Part shown: piece after piece, positions 49,681 to 63,773 of the stretch
Layout of the letters: every line of letters begins with the position of its first letter
Position numbering within the stretch: the first letter of the stretch is position 1
Assembly (NCBI GenBank): GCA_951406725.2
Contig: OX597833.1
Location: 11,656,001-11,720,000, forward strand
Reading direction: 5' to 3'
DNA: 64,000 bases
Source: Octopus vulgaris
Taxonomy: Eukaryota
Position numbers and translations under genes: made by a program
Notes under the pieces: model-generated
Databases searched by the model: none
Seen by the model: the letters and a program-made list of their open reading frames with translations, nothing else
What the model was told of the DNA's origin: nothing

Positions 49681-50056
49681 GAAGGAAGCACTCCGTCAGT
49701 TACGACGACGAGGGTTCCGGTTGATCCGAATCAACGGAACAGCCTGCTCGTGAAATTAACGTGTAAGTGGCTGAGCACTCCACAGACACGTGTACCCTTA
49801 TCGTAGTCCTCGGGGATATTCAGCGTGACACAGAGAGTGACAAGGCCGGCCCCTTGAAATAGAGGTACAACAGAAACAGGAAGTAAGAGTGAGAGAAAGT
49901 TGTGGTGAAAGAGTACAGCAGGGATCACCACCATCCCCTGCCGGAGCGTCGTGGAGCTTTAGGTGTTTTCGCTCAATAAACGCCCGGTCTGGGAATCGAA
50001 ACCGCGATCCTATGACCGCGAGTCCGCTGCCCTAACCACTGGGCCATTGCGCCTCC
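49681..50056 (-). mobile_element. tRNA-derived SINE with alternative 3' tail
   Basis: Head as in 24199-24496; the 3' about 190 bp is different. Confidence 0.8.
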
Positions 50057-50265
50057 ACTATTAATATATATGTAGTATCTATAGATTTAGTATTTTAATC
50101 AATAATATAGTTAACCAAAATATCAATTAATATTCAACCAATTTACTTAAATGTAATACTACGTAATAAATAGACCACCTAACTATTAAATAATGTTTTG
50201 TCTTACAAAACTAATATTTTAACAACGACATCAATAACTATAATAATAATTATTATTATTATTAA

Positions 50266-50323
<58 letters not shown>

Positions 50324-50331
50324 ATTATTAA

Positions 50332-50395
<64 letters not shown>

Positions 50396-50403
50396 ATTAT
50401 TAA

Positions 50404-50450
<47 letters not shown>

Positions 50451-50452
<2 letters not shown>

Positions 50453-53400
50453 TAGTTTTATTTTTATAGAGTGCTTTCACTTCACTACCGAGCGCAGCTC
50501 TGTGTGCCTTGGGTATGTGCTGTGATTTGTTGTGATGCTCTGATGGTTATTGTATGGAAAGTGTTCTGCGTAGGATGTGTGCAGTGCCAAGTAGTGCAAT
50601 TTTCTGTATGTTATATGTGTTTGTAAGTCCTGGTGTTTTTGTTATGTATTTGTCTGAATATTTTTTTATCATACCTAATGCACCTACTATGATAAGAATT
50701 GTTTCTGTTTTTAGATTCCACATTCTGGTTACCTCTATTTCCAGGTCTTTGTATTTTGAAAGTTTTTCCATTTCTTTTAGAGACACGTTGTCATCTGCCG
50801 GTATTGATACATCAATTAGAAAGCATTCTTTTTCTTCATGATCTCTGACAACTATATCTGGTCTGTTGGCCTTAATTTCTCTATCTGTGTGTATCGGCAT
50901 ATCCCAGAGTATGGTTGCTTTCTCGGTTTCTGTGACCTTTTCTGGTGTGTGCCTGTACCATCTTTTTTCTGTTGTTATTCCATAATGTTGGCATAGCTTC
51001 CAGTGTATGTAGGTTCCAACTCTGTCATGTCTGTGAATATATTCCTTCTTAGCCAGGACTGGGCAGCCAGAGACAATATGATTTATTGTTTCTTGTCCGT
51101 CTCCACATATTCTGCAGTTACATGTTATATTTCTTTTCATTACATGTTTTTGGTAATTTCTGGTGGGGAGGCTTTGGTCTTGTGCTGCAATTAAAATCCC
51201 TCTGTCTCTGCTTTGAGTCCTGAGCTTCTCAACCATTGCTAGGATTTTTCTTTGTCTATTTCTTTTGCGTTTAGTTTAGTCCAGTATTTACCATGAAGGG
51301 GCTTTTCTTGCCATCGTTTTATCATGGTTCGTTGCTGTTCTATTTTTAGTTTGGATTTCATTTGTTTTATAGCTTTTGTTGTTTCTTCATCATCTTCTTC
51401 TTCTTCTTCTTCTTCTTCTTCTTCTTCTTCTTCTTCTTCTTCTTCTTCTTCTTCTTCTTCTTCTTCTTCTTCTTCTTCTTCTTCTTCTTCTTCTTCTTTA
51501 TCATATTTATTAGGTGGTATGATTTCTTGTTTGTATTTGTCAGTTTCCTTAAATACTGAGAACAGTTTTTGTTTTGCTCGTGTTTTGCCGCTATTTGTAT
51601 CAGTTTTCCTTCCTTCTGAAGTAGATATTTTTGCAGTCCTATGGTGGTTATTTTATAGTGGTTTTCCAGCTGTATAAGGCCTCTACCACCTTCTATACGT
51701 TGCATATATAGTCTTTCTATGTCAGACTTTGTGTAATGCATCCTAGTTCCTGTCATTATTTTTCTTGTTTTCCTATCTATTTTGGTCAGTTCATTTAGTG
51801 TCCAGTTAAGGATATTGTAGCTATAACTTATAACTGGGACAGCTAAAGTGTTGATACCTTTTATCTTGTTTTTAGCATTGACCTCTGTTTTTAGAATTGA
51901 TCTAACTCGTCTATAATATTCTTTTTTTATTTTCTCTTTCATTTGTGTGTGTTGTGTCTTATCTAGTTCATGGATTCCTAAGTATTTGTAAGTTTGGCTT
52001 TGGTCTAATTCTTTTATTTCGTTGGTTTTATCTAGTGTGATATTGCTACTCTTAACTAGTTTTCCTCTTTTCATGGTTACTTTGGCGCATTTTTCTAATC
52101 CAAATTTCATATCTATTTCTTTGGTAAATCCATGAACTGTCTTTAATAGTGTTTCCAGCTGTTTGTCATTTGCAGCGTATAGTTTTAGGTCATCCATATA
52201 TAAAAGGTGGCTGATCGTTTTGCCGTAACATTTATATCCGCATCCAGTTCTATTTAACATATCAGATAGAGGTGACAGTGCCAAGCAGAAAAGGAGTGGA
52301 GAGAGCGTGTTTCTCTGAAATATTCCTCTTCTAATGGGGATGGCTTTGGTTTTCATGAGTCCCTCTTTTGTTTGGAGCTGTAGTACTGTTTGCCATTTAT
52401 TCATAGAGTGCCCTATGGATTTTATAATTGTTGGTGCTACTTTGATAATGGCTAATGTTTCGAGGATCCATGTGTGGGGGATGCTATCAAACGCCTTTTT
52501 GTAGTCGATCCAGACCATACTGAGGCCTTTCTTCTTTCTGTGGCTGTCTTCAGTTATGGCTTTATTAAACATTAGTTGATCTTTACAGCCATATGAGCCT
52601 TTGCGACATCTTTTCTGCTCTTCTGGAAACAGGTTGTTTTCGTTCAGGTGCTTGTTCAAGCTTTGCGATATCACTGCAGTAAATGCCTTGTACATTGTAG
52701 GGAGACAGGTTATTGGTCTGTAGTTTTCTGGTTTTGCTGTCTCATTTGATTTGGGAATTAAGATGGTTTTCCCCTTCGTGAGCCATTCAGACATTGTCTC
52801 TGGCTCTGCTAGTATGTTGTTAAAGTTTTCAGCCGGCTTTTTGTGCATTCCTGTTAGATATTTCAACCAGAAGTTGGGGATCTTGTCATGGCCAGGTGCC
52901 TTCCAGTTGCTTAGTCTTTGCAGTGCCTGGGTAACCTCTTCAGTTGTTATGGGGGTCCAAAGTTGCTCAGATGCTGAGTTTGTTGTTTTAATACTCCTTT
53001 TTTTTTTGGTTGTTCGTTCGCCGACCATATTTCTCTCCAGAATTCTTCCACTTCTTCAGCCGTTGGTGCTGCAGTGATTTCTATTTTATTTTTGCCAAGT
53101 TCTTGGTAGAACTTTTGGGGGTTGGAGTTGAACTTTTTGTTTTGTTCAAAGAAGCGCTGGCGTTTCTCGTACCCGCGGATCCTTTGTGCTTTGGCAAGGA
53201 TATCTTGCTTCAGCTTTTCTTTTATCTCAGGTAAATCTTTTTCTGTGATGTTATATTTGCGGAGTATTTTTTTTTCTTTTTGTTGCAGTAGCGTTGATTG
53301 TCTACTGATTTCATTAAGAATCGACAGATCTTTTCTCATGCTTTGTATTTTGTTTTGGATGTTATTTATCCACAGGGTTTGTTTGGGTGGTGGTACTCCT

Positions 53401-54640
53401 GTTTGGATGGATTTGAGTGAGTATCCAGCTTCTTTTGTGGCTGCAGGGGCTGCTGCGTATACTAAGTCATTTAGCTCAGTGATATCGCTTTTTGTTTCAG
53501 TGGCTATTAGTTCCGTGACGGCTAGGTTTATGTTGTTTATAATTGGTGTTGTTGTTTCGTCTATTTTGATTTTTGGGAGGTATGGTCGGTGGTCCATTTT
53601 GAGCTCTGTGGTTTTCAGTTCTTTGACTATTTTACTTTTTATATTATCATAATCATTAGGCTCCCCTTCGTTGTTTCCAGGTTTTAGATTTGTGTCGCTT
53701 TCTTTCTTATTTATATGTTTGTTTGCCGTGTTTTGGCTTGCTGTTTGTCGTGTATTATTATGCATCCTTACGGTCTGGGTTTGTTGTTTTTTGTTTACAT
53801 CGTGTTTGTTGGGAATTTTACGTTTGTCTTCGTGTTTTACTGTTTCAGTGTTTATATTATTGGGCATTGTTGTGTGGCTTCTATCTACATTTTCCTGGTG
53901 TATTTTTTCTTTTCGATGTTCTATTTCTATTTCTGATATTTGTTTTGCGTTGAGAATGTTTCTTCGTACGTTAGCTAGTTTATTAGGGTTCATTGCTGTA
54001 TCCAAGTCTATATTTATGTTATTTTCCTTCCATATTTTATATGTATGTGTTGTTGTGTTTTCATTTTTTGGGTAGAGCACTGCTGTGAAGTATGCGTGTA
54101 GGATAGAAATGTATTCCTCACGTTTCCATTTATGTCTTTTGGGTTTTATTTGCGGGACATGAGGAACAACGTCCGGCCCATTATTTTGACGGTCGTCATT
54201 TTCGTAGGGTACCGGTCCGTTCATTTCTGTTCTCAAATTGTTTTGCACGTGTAGTTTTTCGTACATTTTGTGTTGTAAGTTTAAAGTACGTACCTCCTGA
54301 TTGTTATTCTTGGGTTGAATAATATCGGTGGTATTTAATTTCTTCGTAGTTCCTTTATACATGGTGTTTGGGGTCGGGGATGATCTGGTGTTGATAGATC
54401 GTAATGTTCCACGCATGTTTACATGTGTTGTGTTTGAGGTGGAGATGATATCGAGTCAAAATACATCATTTCGTTTCGAAAATAGTAATAAATTTCAATG
54501 AGTATTACTTACTTGGGTACAGTCCAATCCTTTGTTAGTAAATCTTTGGCTCCATACGATGTCCTTGTTTTCGATGTGTGTGGATAGATTTCGGAGCTCT
54601 GTTTTACGTTCTTACATCTTAAACGTCCCCCGGTGTCTCT
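50451..54640 (-). mobile_element. R4/Dong-clade non-LTR retrotransposon 1 (near full length, frameshifted)
   Basis: ORF pieces 52947-54416, 51367-53028 (APGHD, NYRPITCL, IDYKKAFDS, LLYMDD) and 50547-51236 (CRIC..HIVSGC zinc knuckle, RPDIVV..IDV..KLSKY restriction-like endonuclease); 3' end runs into (TAA)n at 50240-50450. Confidence 0.9.
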
Positions 54641-57600
54641 CTTATTATTTTTTTTTCATCTTTCAAATTTGCTTCCATTTCTTGCCGAGTGTCTTCCCGA
54701 CTCCTAGGGCAAAGAAACTCATAGTATACATTGGTAGGCCATTAAACTAAACTCAATAGTTCGTTCATTTTTTTAAAAGTTAAATTAAAATACATGGGTA
54801 GTAATAGTTCTCACATCGACAATGCTCTTCTCAATACGTGTGATGTACCAGTTAAGACAATCTTTTGCACTTCTTGCAGGGATGGTAAGCCAGAGATCAT
54901 TCTCATATAATTTTCGGTTTCCTTCTTGATCACTGGTATTGTAACCGCCTTGAGATGCCACATTTTCTCAATTTCAATGAGCAGGTCTTTATATTTTTTG
55001 AGCTTGTCAAACTCTTTCGCCGAGATATTATGATCACAGGGGATGCTCATGTCGATCAATAAGCAAACTTTATTGTTTTGGTCTTTCACAACAATATCTG
55101 GTTTATTGGCTTTGATGGTTCGGTCTGTATGTACTGGAAAGTCCCACAGGATCGTTACATTTTCTCCTTCAGATACAGCTTCAGGGTGGTGATTATACCA
55201 CTTGTCGGCAGTTTTGATATTGTAATGCCGACTTATTAGCCAGTGTAGATATTGGCCAACTCTGTCATGTCTTAATTTATACTCCACTGGTGCTAAGACT
55301 TTACATCCAGAGATTAGGTGGTCCACTGTTTCAATCATGTCGTTGCAGAATCGGCATTTTGGGTCTGCCCCATTTTTCATCACATTGGCCTGGTAGTTCC
55401 GGGTTAATAGGCTTTGATCTTGAGCAGCCAGGATGAAACCTTCGCTCTCTGCTTTTAGCCCTGAGCTCCGTAGCCACTGATGGGTTTGCTTCTGGTCAAC
55501 ATCAGCTTGTTTGCTGCGGACCACATATTTGCCGTGCAGAGGTTTCTCCTACCACCTATCAGCCAATTGCTCGTGCGCTTTTTTCGTTGCCATTATTTTC
55601 ACCTTCTTTGCAACAATAGTTGCCGTACTTCCCTCGGGTTGTTCAGTTTGGGTATCCTGCACGAGATCAATAGCAAATGTTTTGCTTTCCTTTATGATAG
55701 AATGAAGCTTCTTTCGTCTCTCGGGATTTTCCACAAGCTTTAGCATCCAGTCATTCGTTATTGCAAGATATTTGGCCAGTCCAATTGTGGTTGTTTTGTA
55801 AGCTAGTTCAAATTGGATCAGGCCTCGACCTCCTTGGGCTCTGGGAAGGTAAAGGCGATCTACGTCTGCCTTTGGATGGTGCATCCTATTACAACTCAGC
55901 AGCTTGCGTATTTTCTTATCTATATTCTTTACTTCACTCATATTCCAGTTCAACACATTGTAGCTATAAGTAACAACTGGAACTGCTAGGGGATTTATAG
56001 CTAACACCTTGTTACGTGCATTTAGTTCAGATTTCAGGACTGCACGAACTCTCCTATAACATTCCTTCCTGATCTTCTCTTTCATGCTTGCGTGCTGAAT
56101 ACCAGAGCCTTCATTTATCCCTAAATATTTGTATGTTTGTTCTTGCTCAAGCTCTCTTATGACTGTGTCAACATCTAACACGACTGAATTTGTGGTCTTC
56201 ACTTTCCCTTTGTGGAAAGTGGCCTTGGCACACTTCTCAAGTCCAAACTCCATCCCGATGTCATCGCTGAATGCTTTCACAGTGCGCAATAGGCCTTCAA
56301 GTTCATTATCGTCTTTACCATAGAGTTTTAAGTCATCCATATAAAATAGATGGCTTATTTTTTTATTGGCAATTTTATACCCATACCCTGTTCTGTTTAA
56401 TTCACTTGTAAGGGGTATTAGGGCTATGCAGAATATTAAAGGTGAAAGTGAGTCACCTTGAAAAATTCCACAGTTGATGTTTATACTTTCTGAGGCAAGT
56501 ACTCCATTAGAGTGGTATAATTGGAGATTCGTATTCCACAACGACATATTGTGCTTCAGGAAGTTTGAAATCACAGGGGAAATTTTGAAGATGTCTAGCG
56601 ATCTCAAGATCCATGGATGCGGTATACTGTCGAAGGCCTTTTTATAGTCAATCCATGCGGAGCTGAAATTTCTGCGCTTGTTGTGACAGTTCTCAAGGAT
56701 CATACGATTAATTAGCAGTTGATCTTTGCATCCGTAAGAGCCTCGGCGGCACCCTTTTTGTTCAATGGGGAAAATATCGTTCTTCTCCATGAATGCATAT
56801 GTTTTCTCCGCCAGGATAGATGTTAGGATTTTATACGTGGTGGATAGACAGGTTATAGGCCGATAGTTTTTTGGAAGGTTGGTTTCGTTATTCTTTGGGA
56901 GTAGGTAAGTAATACCACTTGCTAACCATTCAGGTGTTTTCTTTGGGTCTCTCATAATTCCATTGAGCAGCTGAACTACCTTACCGTGTGCGCATGGGAG
57001 CGATGCGAGCCAGAAATTCGGCACCCTATCTTTACCGGGGGATTTCCAATTATGGGCCTTCGTGAGTGCCTTTCTTAGGTCTGCTATTGTGATGTCTTCC
57101 CATGCTTGTTGTTGTAAATTTTGGTAGGATCCTTCAGTTTGTATAATCCAGCCTGCATTTATGTTGTACGTCTTCTTGTCACTCCAAATCCTTTTCCAAA
57201 AGTTTTGAACTTCTTCCATGGGAGGGGGGGGTCTTTAACGGTTACTTTCTCCTTCCCTATTTCTCTGTAGAATTTTTTGGCATCGGATGTGAACAGCTTA
57301 TTTTGCTTGTAAAACTTGTTTCTCTTCTCAAATCTTCGTATTCTTTGGGCTTTCGCTTGGACTTTTTGTTTCAGCGTTTCTTTTATTGATATCAGTTCTT
57401 CACTTGGTGAGGATCCAAATTTTCTCTTCATCTTTCTTCCTGTTCTGGATCTTACATCATTTCCACATATTAGTTCATTTAATATTGATATTTCCCTTCT
57501 CATAAATTCAATCTCTTTTTCAATTTTACTTCTCCAGGTTTGATTTCTTCCCAGGTTTGGTTTTCTTTGTTTTTTCGGAGGCATACAGCTGGTTTCAATT

Positions 57601-58896
57601 GCCCTAGCAGAAGCGTAAATAATTTCTTTTAACTCAGTAAAATCAGGTTTTAATTCTTGTATTATTTCATTTGTTACATAGTTGCCAATTTTGATTTGTT
57701 TTTTATTTTGGTTTGTATTTGAGAGTTTATGAAGTGGTTCTCTATGATTCATACTTGTATGTCTTACAACTTCAAGCGTATTCAGGATTTTCTGCCTCAT
57801 TTCTGCCATAGACTCTCTGTGTTCTTCAGCAAATGCGAGATCTTCAGTTACTGTTGTTTTATCAATTTACTGGCTATCTTTAACAGGTTCAATATAATTT
57901 CTTGTATCTTCAGGCCTTTGCGTATTTTGGTCAGATGGCAGTCTTTCAATTAAGCCTCGTGGCGGGCTATACTGTTCATCTGATTCTTCATTTCCTTAGT
58001 GTCTTATATTTATGTCATTTTCCGTTGCGTGCTTGATCGCGCTTATTTCACTGTCTGTCAGTCTGTTATTTCTAAGGATATCCCTCCTCACATTTGCCAA
58101 TTTGTTCTCGTCCAAATAGGGCCTACTGTCTTGATTCCGTGTTCTCCATATACTGTAAGAGTTTGCGGCGTGTCTCTCTTGAGATGGCCTACCTAATGCA
58201 TAGTAATAAACGTATATTACTTCTTTATACTCTTCGCGGGTCCATTTGTTCCGCTTACATTTTTCTTTCTGTGGTGGTTGTTGTGGTGAACTTGGAGGGC
58301 TCGAGTTAGGGAATTTCCCGTTCAAGTGACCATTCAAGTCCGTATTCGGAGAAGAGTTTGTGCCAGTTGATGACTTTTCGATCCCAGGCTGGCTCTTCCC
58401 TGGGGGGCGCGCGATTTGGTATACTGATTTAGTTTTCCTTTTAGTTTCCAAAAACATTTTGGCGCTACGATAATGTTATCCTTTTTGAGCTTTGATTGGC
58501 TCGTGGCGAGACAGCCATCATTGCCGTTACAATTATAATCAGCTGTAGTCTGCTTATTATTGTTATTATCATCACCATTATTATCACTATTATCATTATC
58601 GCCGCTATTACTATCATCATTATCATCATCACCATCACCATCAACATCATCATCAACAATGATATTGTTTTATGTGTAGTCACAGCAGTATCTTATTATT
58701 GTTATTTTTGTTTTTTATCATTATCACCATCACAGTAGTGTCTGTCTGTTTCGTTGGCTGGCTGGCTGGGTGGTTGGCTGGCAGTGTGGTTGGCTGGCTG
58801 GCTGTCTTCAACGCCAGAATTCTTGCTTGTCAAATAATACTTTCATATTTGGTTAACGTCTAAAGAGCCGAAGTGAGGTTTGTGTTGGCTGAACTC

Positions 58897-58900
<4 letters not shown>
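54641..58900 (-). mobile_element. R4/Dong-clade non-LTR retrotransposon 2 (near full length, disrupted)
   Basis: ORF pieces 57996-58457, 57159-57809, 55549-57219 (GIFQGDSLSPL, FYMDD) and 54811-55524 (CRFC..HLISGC, KPDIVV..IDM..KY); 3' end AAAAAAAATAATAA at 54641. The 5' limit is approximate. Confidence 0.9.
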
Positions 58901-58942
<42 letters not shown>

Positions 58943-59019
58943 GATAGATAGATTAACAGCACTATTACTATCATTATTATCATCATCATCATCACCATCA
59001 TCACCATCACCATCAGTGA

Positions 59020-59145
<126 letters not shown>

Positions 59146-59899
59146 ATCAAACTTAATACAATTCAAAAGTTAAATAATATTGTTAAATAAAAAACGTTAC
59201 TTAGCTTGTCGATGAAAATAATATAACTGAATTTTAAACGTAAAAATGTTGGTCTTAGCGTTTATAAGAAGTTAAACTCATGAAGACGTTGTGTAAAAAA
59301 AATAGAGTAAAATTATCAATGAAAATGACAAAATATATTTATTAATGAAAAAGACGACAAATATTTACGCTTCATGAAAAAAAAATAGAATAACAAAATA
59401 ACAATAAATGACAGTTTACTAAAAATTGAGTTCCAAATAATTATTACGTAAAATATACATATAATATTAAAATAATTTATATTACTATAACTAATAGGTC
59501 TTAATAAAATTATATATAATAATTTATGTATTAGGAAATATCTCAGTTTGAAATTATTCAAATATATTAATATAACATATAATAATATAGTAAATTATAC
59601 ACTAATACTATTAAATTATATCTACAAAAAATAAATAAAATAAAAAGAAATTATACATACGAAAAAATAAGTTAGACATATTATATAGGTAAATAAATTT
59701 ATGTTAGCATTTAATTTTAAATGACTATTTATTATAAATTTAAAGTACAAATAATAAATAAGTAAAATATATATATTATGTTTAAATTAATTTATATTAC
59801 TATAATTAATATATCTTAATAAATTTATATAATCATTTATTTATTAGCTAATTTATGTTTACATTTAATTTTAGTTTACTCTAATGAATTTACTAACAC

Positions 59900-60460
59900 A
59901 TAATTGTTATTAAGTGATATTTCTTTGAATTGATTATTACACAATGAACAATAATTACTCCCTATACAATAAAATTTAGCCCTACAAATAATCTCCCAAG
60001 TTAATTTATATTTAATAGATCTAGATTTAAGGTGCCAAATATACTTACTGAGACCTGCTGAATTTGTTAGATTTTTATTCCTAAAATAATACGTGTTGAG
60101 ATACTCTTGATTTAATTTTATTCGAAGTGGACCCTATATAAATAGTGTTTAAATTATGTTAATTCAAATTCTTATCATCTAGTTACCATATACTTATAGA
60201 CTACATTATCTATATTAGAATTATTATTAAAATTACATGTAGTCTTATCCCTACATGTACAATAAATTATATCTTGGCCTTTATTGTTATTATTATTGTA
60301 ATCAATATTTTAATCTATCTTTGTAGAATTTATTTAATTTAAATGTATTAAATGAAGAAATAATATTACCAACATTATTAGTAGTTGAATACCCAACTCC
60401 AAAATTATTAGTAGAAAAAGTGTTATAATATTTTTCATTATCCCTAACAAATATTTCAAT
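59900..60460 (-). mobile_element. Decayed Penelope GIY-YIG endonuclease relic
   Basis: Minus-strand remnants CRDKTTC..NVVYK, YIGSTSNKIKSRVSQH and LSKYIWHLK. Confidence 0.6.
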
Positions 60461-60462
60461 TA

Positions 60463-60849
60463 CTAGCAGTATCACCCGGCGTTGCTCGGGTTTATTTCGA
60501 ACTTTTAGAATTGGAATTTTTGAAAAGTAAATATTTTGCATTATGTAGCTTGTTATTCTCTTTGAGAATACACCGGTTGAAATACACCGAAAAATGGCAA
60601 CACAGCAGTCAAAAGATCGTAAAAAATAGGGATTTTCATTTTAAAAAATCACCTTTTTGATGTAAATAATTTTTGGTGTTAACATGGTTCGATTTGGATA
60701 TTTTCTTCAACGGAAGGAAGAGCACGCCTTTTTCTATCATACTCTCAATTTTGCTCAACTTGCGCCGCAGGGTCTCGGAGGAAATAGTGTTAGTTGAAGG
60801 CTACCAAACCTGCCATACACAGACAACTTCAGCTTTATATATAGAGAGA
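60463..60849 (-). mobile_element. Non-autonomous Helitron-like element
   Basis: Same termini as 47508-47904 (ACTAGCAGT..CCCGGCGTTGCTCGGGTTT ... acaacttca.ctttatatatagagagat), with a different interior. Confidence 0.7.
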
Positions 60850-60934
60850 TATTTAAAATCTCTTTAATAAGATTTGTTTTAACCTGAGCCCAAAAAGGAA
60901 GGATTAACCATGTTTTATTTTTATCTTTATATTA

Positions 60935-61013
<79 letters not shown>

Positions 61014-61019
61014 TAATAT

Positions 61020-63082
61020 TATTAAATTACTGTGACAACGGATTGTAAATGGTGACTGAAATGAACACACAGTGTTCGATGTAGAGTAAACACCCCACAT
61101 ATTCTAATTCATGAACATAGGTAACTAAGTGCTGTATTTAGTGACTAAAAGCATACAGAGACAGTAAATATTAGTAAGAGATTGACTGCCGACTATTATC
61201 CGCCTTAGTGTAATCTCTTAGTCTGTCAGCTTAAGGCAATTCCGGTTCTTCTATTCTGAACCAGCTACTCCCCACCTCTTCCGGTTTCGAGCTTATGCCC
61301 TTTAAGCATGTACGCAGTCTGCTTAACAACAGATTCTACTTGTCTCTAAACCCTACCCGGATCCTCTACTGCTTTCCAATCCCGCTTTACATTCATCCTA
61401 AACACTACTGCTCTCACTTAACCTTACATTTCTTTCTCCTATCCTGTTCATGAATCGAAAATGTAGCTGTATCAAATAAAGTCTACATGATCATAACGTG
61501 TATCTAGGTGTGACTCGTCTGAAACGAAGCAATACACTTAGACACCTGCTACGGTATGTGCAACTAAACGAGGTGTAATCATCTGTCACCCACCAGTTCT
61601 CTACATATCGCCGTCTCTGGTTTGGTCCTACACGAACGTTCTCCTATGTCACAGTTCAAATGGGAACAACATATTTTCCATTTCGGGAATAAAGCTACAT
61701 GAACAACCTCCTTCACTTCTCAATCTTATGACATTCTCACGGAAACATCGACACCTGTGGACACAGGCAAAATAATTCACTTCCCAATCACAAATACCTT
61801 CGCATGTACGGACCACATATGTACCAAAAGTATGTCCAACGTTGAAATATATCACCCTTTCATGCACTATCCTAAAAAAAAGCTTATACTTAACATCACT
61901 AAACCAAGAAAATTTCCACAAAAAAGAAAGAAAGATTCCCACACGAACCATTGTAACTACCATGGAAGTTATCGAAACTTTACACTCCAAGCACCGTTAT
62001 CCTCTCGTAACAGATATTTCACACCTACTTAAGAAATACCACAAAATGTTGGCTACCTAACTCCTAATCAGGCTACAAAGACACTGAAATTTACACGAAA
62101 TAATTTTCAGATGTGTACAAATGTATATCTGATTGACTATTTTCAACCTACATGTACACATACCCACTCCAGCAGCGTTCACTCTCAAAACCTCATACTC
62201 GGGTCACATTACATTCACAATCACTCATTGTTGATTGGAAACTAATGTGCCAAAATAAAATAATGAAACCACGAAGAAATATGACTACACTTCAACAGCA
62301 GCAACAACACCACAAAGCATCAAGCTCAACAAATTATCTCATTCTATAACATAAAACTATGACACTCGCAGAAAAGAAAGTTGCTACGAGATACATATAT
62401 ACAACAACTATAACACACATAAAAGGCATAGTAAAGAAAGAAACACATCGTATACAATATAGTCAGGACAAACACATGTTGAGTGTTTCACACTATACCA
62501 AGCATGATTCATCCATGTATGTCGGAGTTTGTAGAATGGCTGCAACATAAACGAAGATAATTTATCCGATTAATTGTGTGCCATACGAATGTTCAATTGT
62601 AAAAATGCATGAATAAAGAATTATAATAAAGAATTATGAAACCACCAAATGTAAATTGACAAATAAATATATGGGAAAATTCAACATAGCATTTCCAGTC
62701 AACAGTTTGAGTGGCCAGCATTGTTTAGGCATAAGCAATTTTTATGTTCGTTAAAATATGCTAATGACATATCTCAAACACTAAAGGCAGATCCAATGCA
62801 AAAAAAGGTGCAAAAACAGCATATCTGTCCACTGCAAACACCTGTCGAATTCCCAGACACGTTTGTAAACTTTTGTCGTTATCAAAATGATAAACCGAAG
62901 AGAGAAATCTCTGGGAAACTTAAAGTCGTAGCTTTAACTAAAACACAGTCAACATCAATGAGCAAGTTACACCATGAGGCTAAGAGTGATTGAAACCCGC
63001 CTTCGTTAGCGTAGATGACTTCAAACATATGCCCCTGCAACAACCGCGGTTGTTCGAACGAGCCCGATCTTTTCTGCATATT

Positions 63083-63085
<3 letters not shown>
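61020..63085 (+). repeat. Unclassified old element ending in (TG)n; inverted homolog of the sequence flanking exon 4 of the paralogs
   Basis: 61020-61800 aligns by eye to the reverse complement of intron 3 (about 2765-3610, 19135-19945, 41950-42795); 61820-63085 aligns to the reverse complement of 16570-17910. Confidence 0.75.
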
Positions 63086-63115
<30 letters not shown>

Positions 63116-63149
63116 ACGCGGGCGTGTTTTTGTATGTTTAACCCTAGGT

Positions 63150-63227
63150 GTTCCTGCTGAGGATGATTGCACCTGGCGCGTTTTTTTACTCGCTAAACTA
63201 AAATCAGAAACCAATTGGTCAGGAAAC
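63150..63227 (+). ncRNA. Type I hammerhead ribozyme-like motif
   Basis: GTTCCTG-CTGAGGA-TGATT..AATCA-GAAAC-CAATTG-GTC-AGGAAAC; palindromic stem III; stem I is one nucleotide out of register. Confidence 0.68.
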
Positions 63228-63718
63228 TAGATGGTAAAATGTTTTTATTTTTCATTTCGTCCCTGTCGAATTTTATCCCCAATTTTTGTGGTTATAGAAC
63301 CTAGCTGTTCGTTCTAGTATGTTGAATTCCTATGACGGGATTCCTCATGTGTTTAAATATACACTGAATCAAATGACTAATATATAGTCTTTTGGACTAA
63401 AGTTTTACACGTTAGACCACTGGAAATGTATATTTTAATTAATTTCCATTTCCCTTTGATATGATTAAATATTATAAGTTTTTGGATAATTTTCGAGTTT
63501 AAAAGTTGACATTATTTTATTGCTGTCGTAGGACTGCGGCTGCGCAGTAGATTTTGAAAAATTTAGGACGTATAAATAAGGGGCAGTTAGTTTGAGCGCC
63601 CCGTGTGTATACGTTTAACCCTAGGTGTTCCTGCTGAGGACGATTGCACCTGGCGAGTTTTACACGTTAGACCACTAGAAATGTAAATTTTATTTAATTT
63701 CCATTTCCCTTTGATATG

Positions 63719-63773
<55 letters not shown>

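Noticed and set aside
53122-54075. Plus-strand ORFs of 130-180 aa
   Set aside because: Antisense shadows of the R4/Dong ORF.
63015-63230. RGCSNEPDLFC resembling a Chapaev transposase N-terminus
   Set aside because: The sequence is the 3' end of the 61-63 kb element (homolog at 16570-16650 lacks the motif) and runs into (TG)n.
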